Positions 29,717-43,560 of a stretch of DNA of 64,000 bases are shown here, in pieces. A program made the translations under genes and the position numbers. Source of the DNA: the human T2T-CHM13v2.0 reference genome, Homo sapiens; assembly GCF_009914755.1 (NCBI RefSeq), contig NC_060937.1; one strand, given 5' to 3'. The notes below the pieces were generated by a model. It was not told where the DNA came from. It was given only the letters and a program-made list of their open reading frames with translations, and did no database searches. How positions within the stretch are numbered: position 1 is the stretch's first letter; each line of letters starts with the position of its first letter.

Positions 29717-32204
29717 GGCACTGCTAAATGTAATCTCCCCCGCGTTGAGGACCACTAAGTTAGACCTCAGACTAGAAGAGTGCAGATAGATAAACTCAAA
29801 AGTGGTGCTGGTTTATATTAGACTAACTTGCAGCCTGGGAATTGGCTACAACTTTGGCACTGTGCCCAGGTTCTAGATTTAGTTGCTGAAGACTGACCAC
29901 TGACTTAACTGTATTTATTCAAATATAAGCTATTTAAACTTGAGTGTGATGATGATAATACGATCATTTCCTTCAACCATTGGTTTTGGATGGAGCCTAG
30001 AAGGGCAAGGAGGTGTAGTTAACAAAGTGATGTAATAAGCTGCAACAGTCTGCACATAGTAGCATCTGGATAGCATTCACAGGCCAGCAGTTCATTGTGT
30101 TTCCTACTCACATGTTGTTCCTGATGAATTATTTTTAAAGTATGACTAAATTATTCATTATACAAGATCACAATTATTTATGCAACTGAGGTTTACCACT
30201 AACATTCCAATATGGATTGTTTTAACTATGGGACTTCTATAAAGCTTCTAAGAAATAGAAATATATGCCTAGAATTAAGTAATTTATATGGGACACACCA
30301 TAATGGTAGAGGAATAATACAGTGGTTGAACCTTTAAATCTTAAGGGAATCATTAATAACAAATCTGATAAAACATTATTTACAATAATTACATATGCAG
30401 TCAAATTTTATGTACACATCTCATTTTGAATATCTCAAAACAGTCAAACCGATTAAGCTGCCAGACCTAAACAAATTTCTCCCACAGGTTATCTGCCTCA
30501 TGTATTTCATTAAATAAAAATTAGGTAATACTATATAACAATAATAGTATAAAAATATAAAATTATGTATGATTTAAATTTTATTTTCACAGCATCAGAA
30601 AAATAAAAACTGTAACAAAAACCTTGAGGTAGTTAATCTATCTTTATTTTTCTTAGGCATCTCTGCCCCTTCACTCTGTTGATGAAGGTATATTCCCTAT
30701 AGCCTGTGCTCTGATGCCTTGCCCAATGTCAGTTTAAATGACTCAAGTAATAACTTCAAGTACAGTCCAATTCTTCCTTTGGGAAGCTATTCCATTGACT
30801 AATATTAAGTGGGATACTATTGGTATGTTAATTAACTGCTTCACTCAGCACAGACTATTTATGTATCATGTACCCTTCACCCATGAATTGACACATAAGA
30901 AAAAGCCAAAGATGAAATTTAGGGATTTTTCACATTCCACATCCTGGGTTTTGGTGACTACTTTAAAATCTATGCTTTTTCCCTACCGAGCTACATTTGT
31001 TTTAGCACTGAAAGCTAAGCGTAACTTTCACCATTTTGATATAGAGTTTGTCAAGTAAAAACAACCAAAAAAAAAAAAAACAAAACTTCCCTCTAAATAC
31101 ACACATTAATAATGGGACCAGTGTTCTCGCTGGTAGGCTAACAGTACACTAATAAAGATAAATTCATTTATTCGTGTTAATCTATTTTTTCCCTTAGATT
31201 TGGAAAACAAAGTAATCAACATAGAAGCTGTAGGAGGGATAAGAAATTTGGTCAGAAATTGTTAAGAAGGTCATTTTTGAAAGTAATTGTTTCTTTTTCT
31301 CAAGCATATTAACATCCAAATCTCAAGACTCTGGAAGTTCTTCACTTTGAGGGTAAGCAGAAATGTGTTTAATATTTAAAGCTAAACTCAACTCTAATCA
31401 ACAACCTCAACACATCGTTAGGCCTTCACATAATTCAACTTTTGCAGTAGTTTCTACAAAAACCAGAGTAGAAAACCCAGAGTATTAAGGACATAGGTCT
31501 TTTTTACACCACTGTAGGAACAAACATTCTTTCAGGCTTCTTTGAGCAAGTTTTCTCTTAGCTGGAAAGCAATTCCAAATTATGGTGAGCACTGCTATGA
31601 AAATGAATTATGGAACCACTCACACAATCTCAAATTTTTTTGCCTACAAATATGAAATAACTCAGCATATAAAATGCATGTTCAAAAGTATTTTTCTATT
31701 AAATTGAAAGCATTATGTTTATTGACACAAAGTCATTCTGCTGTGTTGTAATATAGTTTTTGGGTTTTGTTTTAAACAAAGCACTGAAGAAGGAGTTCAC
31801 TTTCTCCGGCCCATGAAAATTACCGTAGAAAAACCAACTAAAGTATATCGCTAAAGGACCTGCTTACCAAATCCGCCCTTTCAATGCTATGCACATGCTC
31901 TCAGATGCCTAAAATTATTCAGCCAACCACTGCACTAGACTAAAGAAGGCTAAGCTATGTGATACCAATAGCGTCTGCTTAATCCAGCCTTGAATTAAGA
32001 GAGAAGATACGGAGGATACTAGACCTACAAGTAATCAGGCTTCTGAAGATGCAAAGAGACAATCCAGCAAATGGACTACCCATTGAGCAGCAGGGGTCTA
32101 AATCTGGACTGTGGAAAGAAGATTATAAAGGAGAGAAAGTCACTGGGGGGTCTCTTGCCCAGTGGGTTTTAGCACATGATGGCTCTTTTAAAATGTATCT
32201 CATT

Positions 32205-32521
<317 letters not shown>

Positions 32522-34526
32522 GTTACCTCCGTAGCTAGTTTCACATTAAATACCTGAAGACAATTGACCAATCAGTCTCACATCTCAGTTCCAACAACTT
32601 TAAGTTTGACTTTGACTAAGATAAATTTAAGTAGCATTTTCTATTAGAGAAACAGCACAACACAAATGCAGTTTCTGAAGGAAAGGCCAGAGATATGTCA
32701 GCCCACTTCATTATGAACCAAGCCTGGGAAGGAAAATGATGTGTGAGCTAACGAACTCCCAAATAATTACACTGGACATTTTTATGCTGCCACCAGACCT
32801 TTTGTAAGGCTATATAAACTGATCTTAATTTTGTTATACTGACCCCTAAAGGCACTTCCCATTGTAAAATAGTCTATTAAGAATTGGTCTATATTTGGGA
32901 AAGCAATAATATTAAGTTCATTATGGCTTTTTGCAGTCCAGGCACTAATGTAGCTTGTGTAATCCTCTTAAGGTTTTAATGGGTTAAAGCTATTTTAAGA
33001 ATTTTTGCAATCAAACTATATAGGTATGCTTAGAAAGGTACTTGTCTTCCAGGCCCTTTAAAATATATATAAGATAATTATGTTAAATTGATTCATGTTA
33101 AAAATGTAACACACCCAGTCAAAAAGCCTTAATAAGACAGACTTCTGAATAAGGTAGTATTATTACCAGATCTCAGCTAAAGAAACTTGATTTTAAGAGC
33201 CACACATGGCCGATCTGTTGCAAGTATGTAACAGTATATTATTATCATTAAACCAAGTTACTTTCATTGTGGAAAATATAAGTGAAAACAGATAAACAAA
33301 CAAAACAAACAATTAAAATCTTATTCTCCTCATAATGGAATCCTGCTGAATGCATATTTTTGAGCACACTTTTAAAAAGTAACAATATATCCTGTCAATA
33401 AGTACAATAAATAATAATTTACAAGCAGCATAGTGTTCTGTTGCATTGTCATAGTTTGCTTAAACCATCTGCTGTTTCTGAACATTTCTATAAATTCTCC
33501 CGCCTTTTTTTTTTTTTTTTTTGCTATGATGATGTTTCAATGAACATTCTTGCATCTTTTCACAGAAAGGCATTTTATTGTGGTGGGATATTAAGAGTAC
33601 AGCCCCTAGTAACAAACTGCCTGCAAGTCACAAGCTTCAGGAGCCTCTTAAATTATACATATAATTAAATTTTTTCTGATTTAAAAGTGGAAACATATCT
33701 TATTTAAAAAAATCTGCATTCACTACTAAAAGATGATTTTTCCCCACGTGGTTATTGTTAATGTTCTTCTGCAAATTGCCAGTTTAAATCCTAGGCTTAT
33801 GTTTTATTGAACTCGTCTTGTTTCTTACTCATTTATTTTACCTCTATATAGATCAAGGAATATATAAAGAATACATTGAAAGGCAAAGATTTTTGCCTTT
33901 TTTATACTTTGCTATATATCCCTAGTACCAACAGAAACAGTGCTTGGCATTTATCAAGTATTTACCGAAAACCCCAAAACCTTTATTGAATGAATTAATA
34001 AATCTGAAAACAAAATTCTATAAACTGAATAACAGCAAAAATATCTTCTAGATGGTTCTGACACATGAATATTCATGTACTTTATAGTATTATCGATTGT
34101 ATTTCCTGCCCCATTTCTATTCAAGTTGTACTCATTATCAGTCAATAGGCTGCAAGTTTTAGGTTTCCTTGGTACAATTGAGGTGGTTTATTGTTGTTGG
34201 TGTTACGTTCAACGTAGATGACTAATGTGGTAAAGGAAAGTAAATCTTAGAAAGTAACTAAATCTTAACTAAATCAAAGATAAAGGGGACACGAACATTA
34301 GTCATTTTTAAATTTAAAACCAACTACATTCAGAAAGAACACTAGGCTAGGTTTTGTTTAGGAAACGGTCTAAGTAATGAATTTACAGATATGCATTTCC
34401 TTCTTTAAGTGACTAAAAACCTGAGTAGGGATAATAAAATGTGTCCACTTATTCAAAGGAAAGATTTATAAAGAAACTTGCAGTCAATATAGAATACACA
34501 TACTACAAATATTTAAAAATATATTA

Positions 34527-34865
<339 letters not shown>

Positions 34866-37077
34866 TACATTATATTATTCAGCGTTTTGGTAACCCAGAC
34901 AAAGGAAAAGCCTTGAAAACAAACAGTGAGTCAATTCAGAGAGCATCAGCCATAGAAAGCTGGGAGAACCAGAGGCCAGGACTGTCCAGTGTGAACAGAA
35001 AGCACAGAGGTCAGGCTCATGGAGTTGATTCCACAGTAGAGATATGACCCCCTGCTGCTGCCAGAGATGCCACAGGATGGAGAAAGATGAGGAGGGACAC
35101 CCTACATTCTCCCCTCAGCTCACCTTCCAATCTTCCACTAATGTCTCCCATTGGCTTGACTTCGAAATCAGAGGTCAAGGGAATCTGACAAATATTTCCG
35201 GAAATACAGAGAAAAGCAGAAAGCGGGTAGGAAAGAATCTGAGAGTAAACTCACAGTTGATGGATGCAGATCCTTAGTCATCAGTGAGCAGAGCCCAGAG
35301 GTGATCTGGAAAAGACTTTTTTGAAGCATTAGCAGATAAGAGATTCCCATCCAGTATAAAGGTGGGAGAAAAGCTATCCAGGAAGGGTAACGAGGTACAA
35401 AGGTGGAAACAAGCAAGTCAGAGGTAGGGACTGATAAGTAGGTTAGCTTCCTATGAGTAGAAATGCTGTGCAGCAGAGAATGGAAGAGAAGTTTAATGAG
35501 AACCAGTGGCAAAATGGCAGTGAAGATGATTCAGTTACCAAGTCTTTTAGCCAATTTGTTCTCATATATGCTTACTGCCTACTATCAGATAACTATTAGT
35601 TCAGAAAACAAAGGAAAAAATTATTTTTCAGATGTTTAATTCTTTAACCATAAGTAACCTAAAAATTGATATCCTTTAGATTTATCAATTCCTCAGCCCG
35701 TATCATAGACTATATTATCCTAATATAATAAATATGAGTCTCCAAATGCAGAATATTTAAATCTTCAAAATAGAAGTCAGAAATCATTAGTATAAAAAAA
35801 CTTTCAAGTTAAGTGCAGCATACTAGGGGGCCATGTAAATAACGTTGGTGAATTTGATTCACTTGGAGACGTTTTAGCAAAGCAAGACTTTGGTAGCACC
35901 ATGTGGGACTGCTCTGTCCAGAGACATTAGCTAACCACTAGTCACCTGCAGCCTCATCTTTGCTGGGTCTCAAAACCAGTGAGAACATAGTCTGACTATT
36001 AAGAATTTCTCTCTACTAGTTGAAGGACTGGAAATAATAGTTTACTCTCCTGAGTCTGGTGAACCTGAGCTTGAAGCTGGATTCTGTGATCTGTGAACGG
36101 TGGTCAAATCTTTCTGACCATGATCAAGAACATCTAATATGATAGGCTTGCCCTGATTCCTGGTTATCACACCAATTTTTCACTGGTGTGCTGACCAGAA
36201 TACATTAATGTAAGATGTAAAACCCTCTTCTTCTGGCCTTATGTCCTATTTCTTTGCCATTCAAAATGTATTCTTGAATGCCGCCATACTCATTGAACCG
36301 CATGTAGTATGCCTCTGTGCTTTTATCTCATTGTTCCACTTGCTCTAATTCTTTCATGCCTGGCAAGCATCTACGAATCATTCTTTGTTCTAATTATATA
36401 CTATTTTGTTTCCCTGAATGCATGATTTAAGTTCACTCCTCTGTCCCACAATAGTAAATTCTGTTAGTCTTTGTCATCTGTGTTAGAACTCACTTCCTAC
36501 AGTATCATAATGGTTTCATTGTCTATCCTTTTCTCTCTTCAGAGTCCCCCAGGAGCTTGGACTATACCACATTGCCTTTACATCTTACAGTCGAGGGCTA
36601 TGTGTCAAATTCTCAATAAATGTTTCTTGGATTGGACTGAGTCTGGTCTTGATTTCTAGCTCTACCACTAAAAATGTAGGAATGCTTATTTGACTGCACA
36701 TCACGCATCAAATTATAACACTGTCTCAAGACTCTTCCTGCTCTTAAGGTCAGACCTAGGTTATGGAGACCTACCTAAATCATACCTGAGTTCTCCCCAT
36801 GCCTTTGAGCTTTGAAAGAAACTGATTTATAATTTTCCTGGAGAATGAGAAAGGAAGAAAGAAATGAGGTCTGCCTAGGCATATTAATCCATACCTTTGG
36901 CACATAGCAGATCAAGCTTACTCTCAATCTTGCCACAGTTCCACCAAGAACAGTTTAGTACACTTTACAACTGAGGCTATATGCTTTTTTTAAATTTATT
37001 TTTTATATTAAATTGGCAAGTTATAATAGTATATATTTGTGAAGTACAAAACGATGTGATGATATGAATACAATGTA

Positions 37078-37618
37078 TTGGGTTGGTGCAAGAACAATTG
37101 TAGATTTTGCCATTAAAAATAATGACAGAAACCACAATAACTTTTGCACCAATCTGTCAATTGAGAAAAATGATGAGAAAAGTCTCAATCATTTTAGGAA
37201 GTTTATTTGCCAAAGTTAAGGGTGCACGCCGGTGTCACAGCCTCAGAAAGTCCTGACGACATGTGCCCAAGGTGGTTGGAGCACAGTTTGGTTTTATACA
37301 TTTTAGGGAGATATGAGACGTCCATCAATATATGTAAGAGGTATGTTGGTTCCTTCCAGAAAGGTGGGGACAACTCGAAGTAGGGAGGGGGCTTCCAGGT
37401 CACAGGAAGGTGAAAGACAAATGGTTGCCTGCTTTTGAGTTTCTGATAAGCTTAAGCCTTTCCAAAGGAGGCAATCAGAATATGCATCTATCTCAGTGAG
37501 CAGAGGGATGACGTTGAAGAGAATGGGAGGCAGATTTGCCCTGAGCAGTTCCTAGCTAGAATTTTCCCTTTTGCTTAGTGATTTTGGGGCTCAAGATATT
37601 TTCCTTTCATAAACCTAA
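37078..37618. mobile_element. MADE1 (Hsmar1-derived MITE) split by an LTR insertion: 37078-37154 plus ~37611-37618
   Basis: ttgggttggtgcaagaacaattg...ttttgccatt...aatgacagaaaccacaataacttttgcaccaa plus cctaa; flanked by TA dinucleotides. Confidence 0.85.
37155..37609 (-). mobile_element. MER4A/MER4A1-like ERV1 solo LTR
   Basis: Reverse complement starts TGAAAGGAAAATATCTTGAGCCCCAAAATCACTAAGC and ends TTGACA; internal gacatgtgcccaaggtggttgg...ttttatacattttaggg. Confidence 0.85.
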
Positions 37619-39002
37619 TAGAATAATTAAATCAAACCAATTAACATATGTATTACCTCAAACACATATTCTGTGGTGAGTATTTGAAATTTACTCTCTG
37701 ATTTTGAAATATACAATATGCCATTATTAACTATACTCATCATACTCTGTGACAGATCTAAAAAACCCCCTCATTCTCCTAACTAAGGTGTTGTTCCCTT
37801 TGCCATTCATGTCCCCATCCCCTCTATCCCTCAGCCTCTGTAACCACTATTCTACTCTCTGCTTTTATGAGTTCAATTGTTTCAGATTCAATTCATGAAT
37901 GTGAACATGTAGTATTTGACTTTCTGTGCCTTGCTATTTCATTCAGAATAATGCCCTCCATGTTCATCCAAATTTTACAAATGACAAGAGTTCCTCCTTT
38001 TTATGGCTGAATAGTACTCTATTGTGTATATGTGCCAGATTTCCTTTATCCATTCATCTGTTGATAGACACTTCAGTTGATTTTATAAGTTGGTTATTTT
38101 GAATAGTGCTGCAATGAACCTGGGAGTGCTTATAATAACCCAAATTACTGAAATACAAATGAAATGCATGACTTGATTATCATAAATACATACAGCCTCA
38201 GAGTTTGCAGGAATATTGAAGATGAACTAGATCAACAAGATGTCTGCTGCAAAACTTAATGTGCAAAAATGAAGCGGTCATTCTGTGGATGTTGGGTCTC
38301 TGGTTACAACGATAGATGATCTTTATTAAATTATTACTATGAGAAGATCCTGTTCAAAGTGATTACATGTATCAATTCATGTAATCTTCTAACAATTCTA
38401 TAAGATAGAGATTAGTATTGTCTCCATTTTACAGAAATGGAGCTCTAAAGAGGTTAGGTAAACACACAAGGATACAGAGCTAATAAATACTTAATCTATC
38501 ATTCATGTAAATAGCCTGGCTCTAGAACCAGAGGTCCTAGTGACTAGGCTATGGGGCATTCCACTAAGTTCCAGTATATGGCATACTTCTTTCAGTAACT
38601 CTTTGATAGGAGCTCACCCACTCAACATATATTTATTGTATGTTATCTGTATATCAGGCCTTATATAGCTTCTGGGACTTTAACCTAAAATGGAATATAC
38701 TCTGTCCTCTCAAAGAGCTCATAGTGTGGTAGGGAAAAGTTCAGGTAAATTAAAGTATACTAAATGGTGCTCAATAAATGCTTGGTGAATAATAACTGCC
38801 ATGATAGTGGTAATATGGAAGGATATATGAGAGTAAAGAAAGGATGTCTCAAAAAGACTTGAGGCAGTTGGTTATCAGGAAAGACTTCCTGGAAATTAGC
38901 TAGATGAACATAATGACTGAAGGCGTATTCTATGAGAAGGTAATCATAAGAAAGAAAGTCTAGAAGTATGAGACAACCTCACACATTGCAGGACAAAGGC
39001 AA

Positions 39003-39381
39003 TGATATGGTTTGGCTGTGTCCCCATCCAAAATCTCATCTTGAATTGTAATCCCCATAATCCCCATCTGTCAAGTGCCGGACCAAGGGTGGAGGTAATT
39101 GGATCAGGGGGACAGTTTTCCCTATGCTGTTCTCCTGAGAGTGAGTGAGTCTCACCAGATCTGATGATCTTATAAGCATCTGGCATTTCCCCTGCTTGCA
39201 CTCACTCTGTTCTGCTGCCCTGTGAAGAAGATGCCTGCTTCTCCTTTGCCTTCTGCCATGATTGTAAGTTTCCTGAGGCCTCCCCAGCCCTGGGGAACTG
39301 TGAGTCAACTAAACCTCTTTCCTTTATAAATTACCCAGTCTCAGGTATTTCTTCATAGCAGCGTAAGAATGCACGAATACA
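39003..39381 (+). mobile_element. THE1 (THE1D-like) MaLR solo LTR
   Basis: TGATATGGTTTGGCTGTGTCCCC...taaacctctttcctttataaattacccagtctc...aataCA; 5-bp TSD ggcaa/ggcat. Confidence 0.9.
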
Positions 39382-40019
39382 GGCATCCTATAAGGAAGTA
39401 ATAAAAACAAGTGAAACAGGGTCTGAGATAAGGTTAGAAAAAAGCCTGGAGTCTCAGTGTGAAGGGCTTTGGATGTTAAGCTATGAACTGTGAACTATAG
39501 CATGACAGCCTTGAGACCCATTTAAGGTTTGAAAGTCAGCTAGTGACATGATCAAAATGGCATTTTAGAAAGGTCACTCTGACAACTCTGAGGAAGGTAG
39601 ATTAAAGGGTCCAGATTGTATAGAACAAGAGGCTACTGCAACAAAGTAGAAGAAAAACAGACAGGATTGTGAAAAAGGAAAGAAGAGAAGATGTGCTTGG
39701 AGGCATTAGGCAGGTTTACTCAATCAGACTGTGCTAAGATAATACATTACGCATTTTCATAATATTGCATCTACATTCTTGTATAATTTGCCCCATATGA
39801 ATCTTTCTTCTGTAGTAGTACATAACATGTTTTTAAATTTTTTTGAATAAGTGAAAGAACACTTTGGTGATTGAGTAGATGTTGGGGGTGGGGGGGCGGG
39901 GAAAGGAAATACAAAATGGCTCTCAACATTTCTGGCAAGGACAACATGGTGCCCTACCCTGAGATGGGCAGTAAAGGAAGAGAAGAAGGTTTCAGTGGAA
40001 AGATGATGGATGAATGATG

Positions 40020-40196
40020 ATGGCTAAAAGATAGTTTGGATACTGTTTGTTTGTCCACACCAAGGCTCCTGTTTAAATTTGATCCCCAGTGTGGTGGTGT
40101 TGGGAGGTGGGGCCTGTGGGAAGTGTTTGGGCTATGGAGGTGAATTCCTCATGCAAGGCTTGGAGCTTTTCTTGCTTGCTTGAGAGTAGATTTGTT
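40020..40196 (+). mobile_element. MSTB-like MaLR LTR, 5' half only, ending at the Alu
   Basis: gtttggatactgtttgtttgtcc...aaatttgatccccagtgtggtggtgttgggaggtggggcc...gtgtttggg. Confidence 0.75.
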
Positions 40197-40505
<309 letters not shown>

Positions 40506-40836
40506 GATCCTTTAGGGAGTGTGTGTGTGTAAAAAGAGAGCATATATAGGAAGATAATTTAATTGATAATATAAAGTACAATATTGTGGAGAAACAAGCA
40601 CACAGGAAGAAGATAGTACAGAAAAATCAGAGAGAAAGGAGGAATTCTAGGAGAGAAGGGTCAGGAGAGAGGGGTCACAGAAGCCAGGAAGAACTAGGGT
40701 TTCAGGAGAGGATGAATATTCAACAGTTGCAACTGCCATAGAGATGAAGCAAGATAAGCACAACAAATGTGTCATTGGGCCTGGTAATATTGAGGGCAAT
40801 GAAGTTATTAGTGAAAGTAGATGCAGTGAAGTGTTG

Positions 40837-41254
40837 GAATCAGAAGCCAGAATGGAGTTGGGGGAAGAATAAATAGGATGTAAGGAAATAGAAACAGTAA
40901 CTGTGAAGTCTTCTTTCAAGAAGTTTTAAGACTTTTACCTAACAAGGAAGCAATAAATGGTAGCTAGAGGAGGGTGTATATTCAAGAATGACATTGTTTT
41001 AAGATGAGAAAGGTTTGAGCTCTAGTGACTGAATTGTTCCAGGATAAAGTAAAATAAACAAGAGAATAATTTTAAAAATCAAATAGAGTAATAACAACTA
41101 AGTCACCGAAAAGATGGGCCATGGAGTCTAAACTACATAGAGAAGAAGGTAAAGGTCAGATTGGCGATAGAAATTGTTCAGAAGAAGCATAAAGGGAAGA
41201 GAGTAAAAGGAATAAGAGAAAAGCATAGCAGATTTGAATCAGACACTGAGATGT
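40837..41254 (+). repeat. 418-bp local direct repeat, copy A (donor, within a degraded L2 region)
   Basis: Colinear and indel-free with 42470-42887; ~23 substitutions by hand count. Confidence 0.95.
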
Positions 41255-42179
41255 TTATGTTTAAGTTTCTACAGTGAATCTGAGTAAGGAACTAAAGAAG
41301 AGTGATGTATTAACCAAACATGTTTTTGGTACAAGTCAGCTCAATGATAGGTGTGAGAAATATCTAGAACATAATCTTGGAAATATGCTTCTGAAATGCA
41401 GCAGAGGTGAAAGAAGCTGGGACTAAGAAGAGCAAGGAACTGAAGGGCTACCAGTTGGACTACTCAGCAAGGTATGTATTAAAATCACTCTGGCAAACTG
41501 AAATAGTCTTTATGGCTGAATAGTGTATATTCAGAAAATGTGGAGGAGATTCCCAAAAGGCAGAAACAGCTGTATAGTTGGATGACAGCACTCTCAAAGA
41601 AGCAGTTTCTGGAAAGTTAAAGAGTACGTGTTTGGAAAGGGCCCTGAAGATTAAGAAGGTGAACCCGAGTCTTGGCCCTGTGGTACAAGGGTATGAGAGA
41701 ATGGGCTACTGACACTGGTGAGTGAAACACGTGACAAACTTGCTTCAAGATAATGTCAGATTTTTAAAAAGACCAGAAGGCAAATTGGACACTGAGTGAA
41801 GAGGACAATGCTATAGGGTAATTTGTTAATATGGGTCATGGTTCCTGGAGAACACAGGGGAAAGTGTTGGCCAAACAGTAGTGGTGGGAGGACAATTAGG
41901 AGAGTGATAGAAACACCAAAATTGTGGAGATGAGAGGATAATAGAGCACACTTAAAACAAGTGACTAAAGGGCCTCCCATTTGGGGCTGAGGTGCAACTT
42001 GACAAAGGGTGCGAAGAATGGTGATATTATTGACCTCATGTGCTGCTTAGCCAGAAGTCTCCTAACAAGATGTTTCTAGCCAAAGACTCAGAATGTAACC
42101 AAGGCCAAGTCTATACTTGACTCAAGTCTATGCTTTTTGTGTTCTAGTCAAAAATCTGATATTTTTTCCTAAGGCAATC

Positions 42180-43560
42180 AATCCATTTACCCTTAGGCAA
42201 TTTTGATTGCTAGAAAGAAGTTTCCATTGATATAAGACACCTCTCTTTATGCATTTCATTCACCCATCAAGTTTCATCTGTTGGGGTAACATAAAACACA
42301 GACTTTGAAGATGGGTATCATGTGCATTCAGAGTCCTTTTTTCTTCAGACTGAATGTGCCCAGTGCTTTTTCTGTTGCTACTTGTCATGCATTTCATCAT
42401 CCTACTCATTTTTCAAATGTTTCAACTCACTTTAGTTTATAGTACATTCTCAATATAGTGGCTAGAAATGAATCAGAAGCCAGAACGGAGTTGGGGGAAG
42501 AATAAATAGGATGTAAGGAAGTAGCAACAGTAACTGTGAAGTCTTCTTTCAAGAAGTTTTAAGACTTTTACCTAAAAAGAAAGCAATAAATGGTTGCTAG
42601 AGGAGGGTGTGTATTCAAGAATGACATTGTTTTAAGATGAGAAGGGTTTGAGCTCTAGCAACTGAATTGTTCCAGGATAAGGTAAAGTAAACAAAAGAAT
42701 AATTGTAAAAATCAAATAGAGTAATAACAACTAAGTCACTGAAAAGATGGGCCATGGAGTCTAAACTACATAGAGAAGAAGGTAAAGGTCAGATTGGAGA
42801 TTGAAGTTGTTCAGAAGGAGCATTAAGGGAAGAGGGTATAAGGAATAAAAGAAAAGCATAGCAGATTTGAATCAGACACTGAGATGTCAGACACTAAGGC
42901 ACGTTCTAACAAGCACACTCTAGAATGAAATTATAAGGGAATGAAACCAACACTTATTGAACACCCACTATGTTCCTAGCCCAATGTGAGTCATGTACAT
43001 GCATAACCTCACTCAAGGCTCAGTGTTTAAAGCGCAAGTTCTTATGTCTGAGATCATGGGTTGGAGCCCTTGTTCTGTCACATAGCTAATATAACAAATT
43101 AATTTACCTCCCTGGGACTCATTGCTTTCCTCTGTAAAACGGGAATAATAATGTTATTTATTTAGCAGGGTTACTATGAAAGTTAAATGAAATAAGGCAT
43201 ACTTCCTGCCATGTATTGCCTGGCACAGGGTAAATACACAATAAGTGATAGTTATCATTATCTACAATTTTCCAGATGAGAAACCTGGCAGTGAGTTAAG
43301 GTCAGACAATCAAGATTGAAATCCAGATGATTAAATTCCAAAGCTCATTACATCATCTTGTCCCACATTCTAAGTTTCAATGCATGTCTTTCTGATGCTG
43401 CAACCCAAGATGATTGTTTGTAGATTAATGCTGAGTGAATTGTCCGCCACGATTCTTATGATTTTTCACAAATGCTACTACTGTTAAGCATGGTTTCCTC
43501 AGCCTAAACTTAGGAAAATTTATTTTTGAATCTCATTGAAGCCATTGTATTATTTAGGCT
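42180..43560 (-). mobile_element. L3/CR1 fragments, interrupted by repeat copy B and by MIRs at ~42940-43370
   Basis: ttttcttcagactgaatgtgcccagt, gtggctagaaatgaat, gatttttcacaaatgctactactgttaagc...tttatttttgaatc resemble reverse-complemented L3. Confidence 0.6.
42470..42887 (+). repeat. 418-bp local direct repeat, copy B (inserted into L3/CR1)
   Basis: Offset of 1633 bp from copy A; from gaatcagaagcc to cagacactgagatgt. Confidence 0.95.

Larger units (their letters stand above)
36984..38130 (-). mobile_element. L1MA 3' end, interrupted by MADE1 and a MER4 LTR
   Basis: atacaatgt...gaataattaaatcaaaccaattaacatatgtattacctca...cagcctctgtaaccactattctactctctgctt...ggctgaatagtactctattgtgtatatg. Confidence 0.85.
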
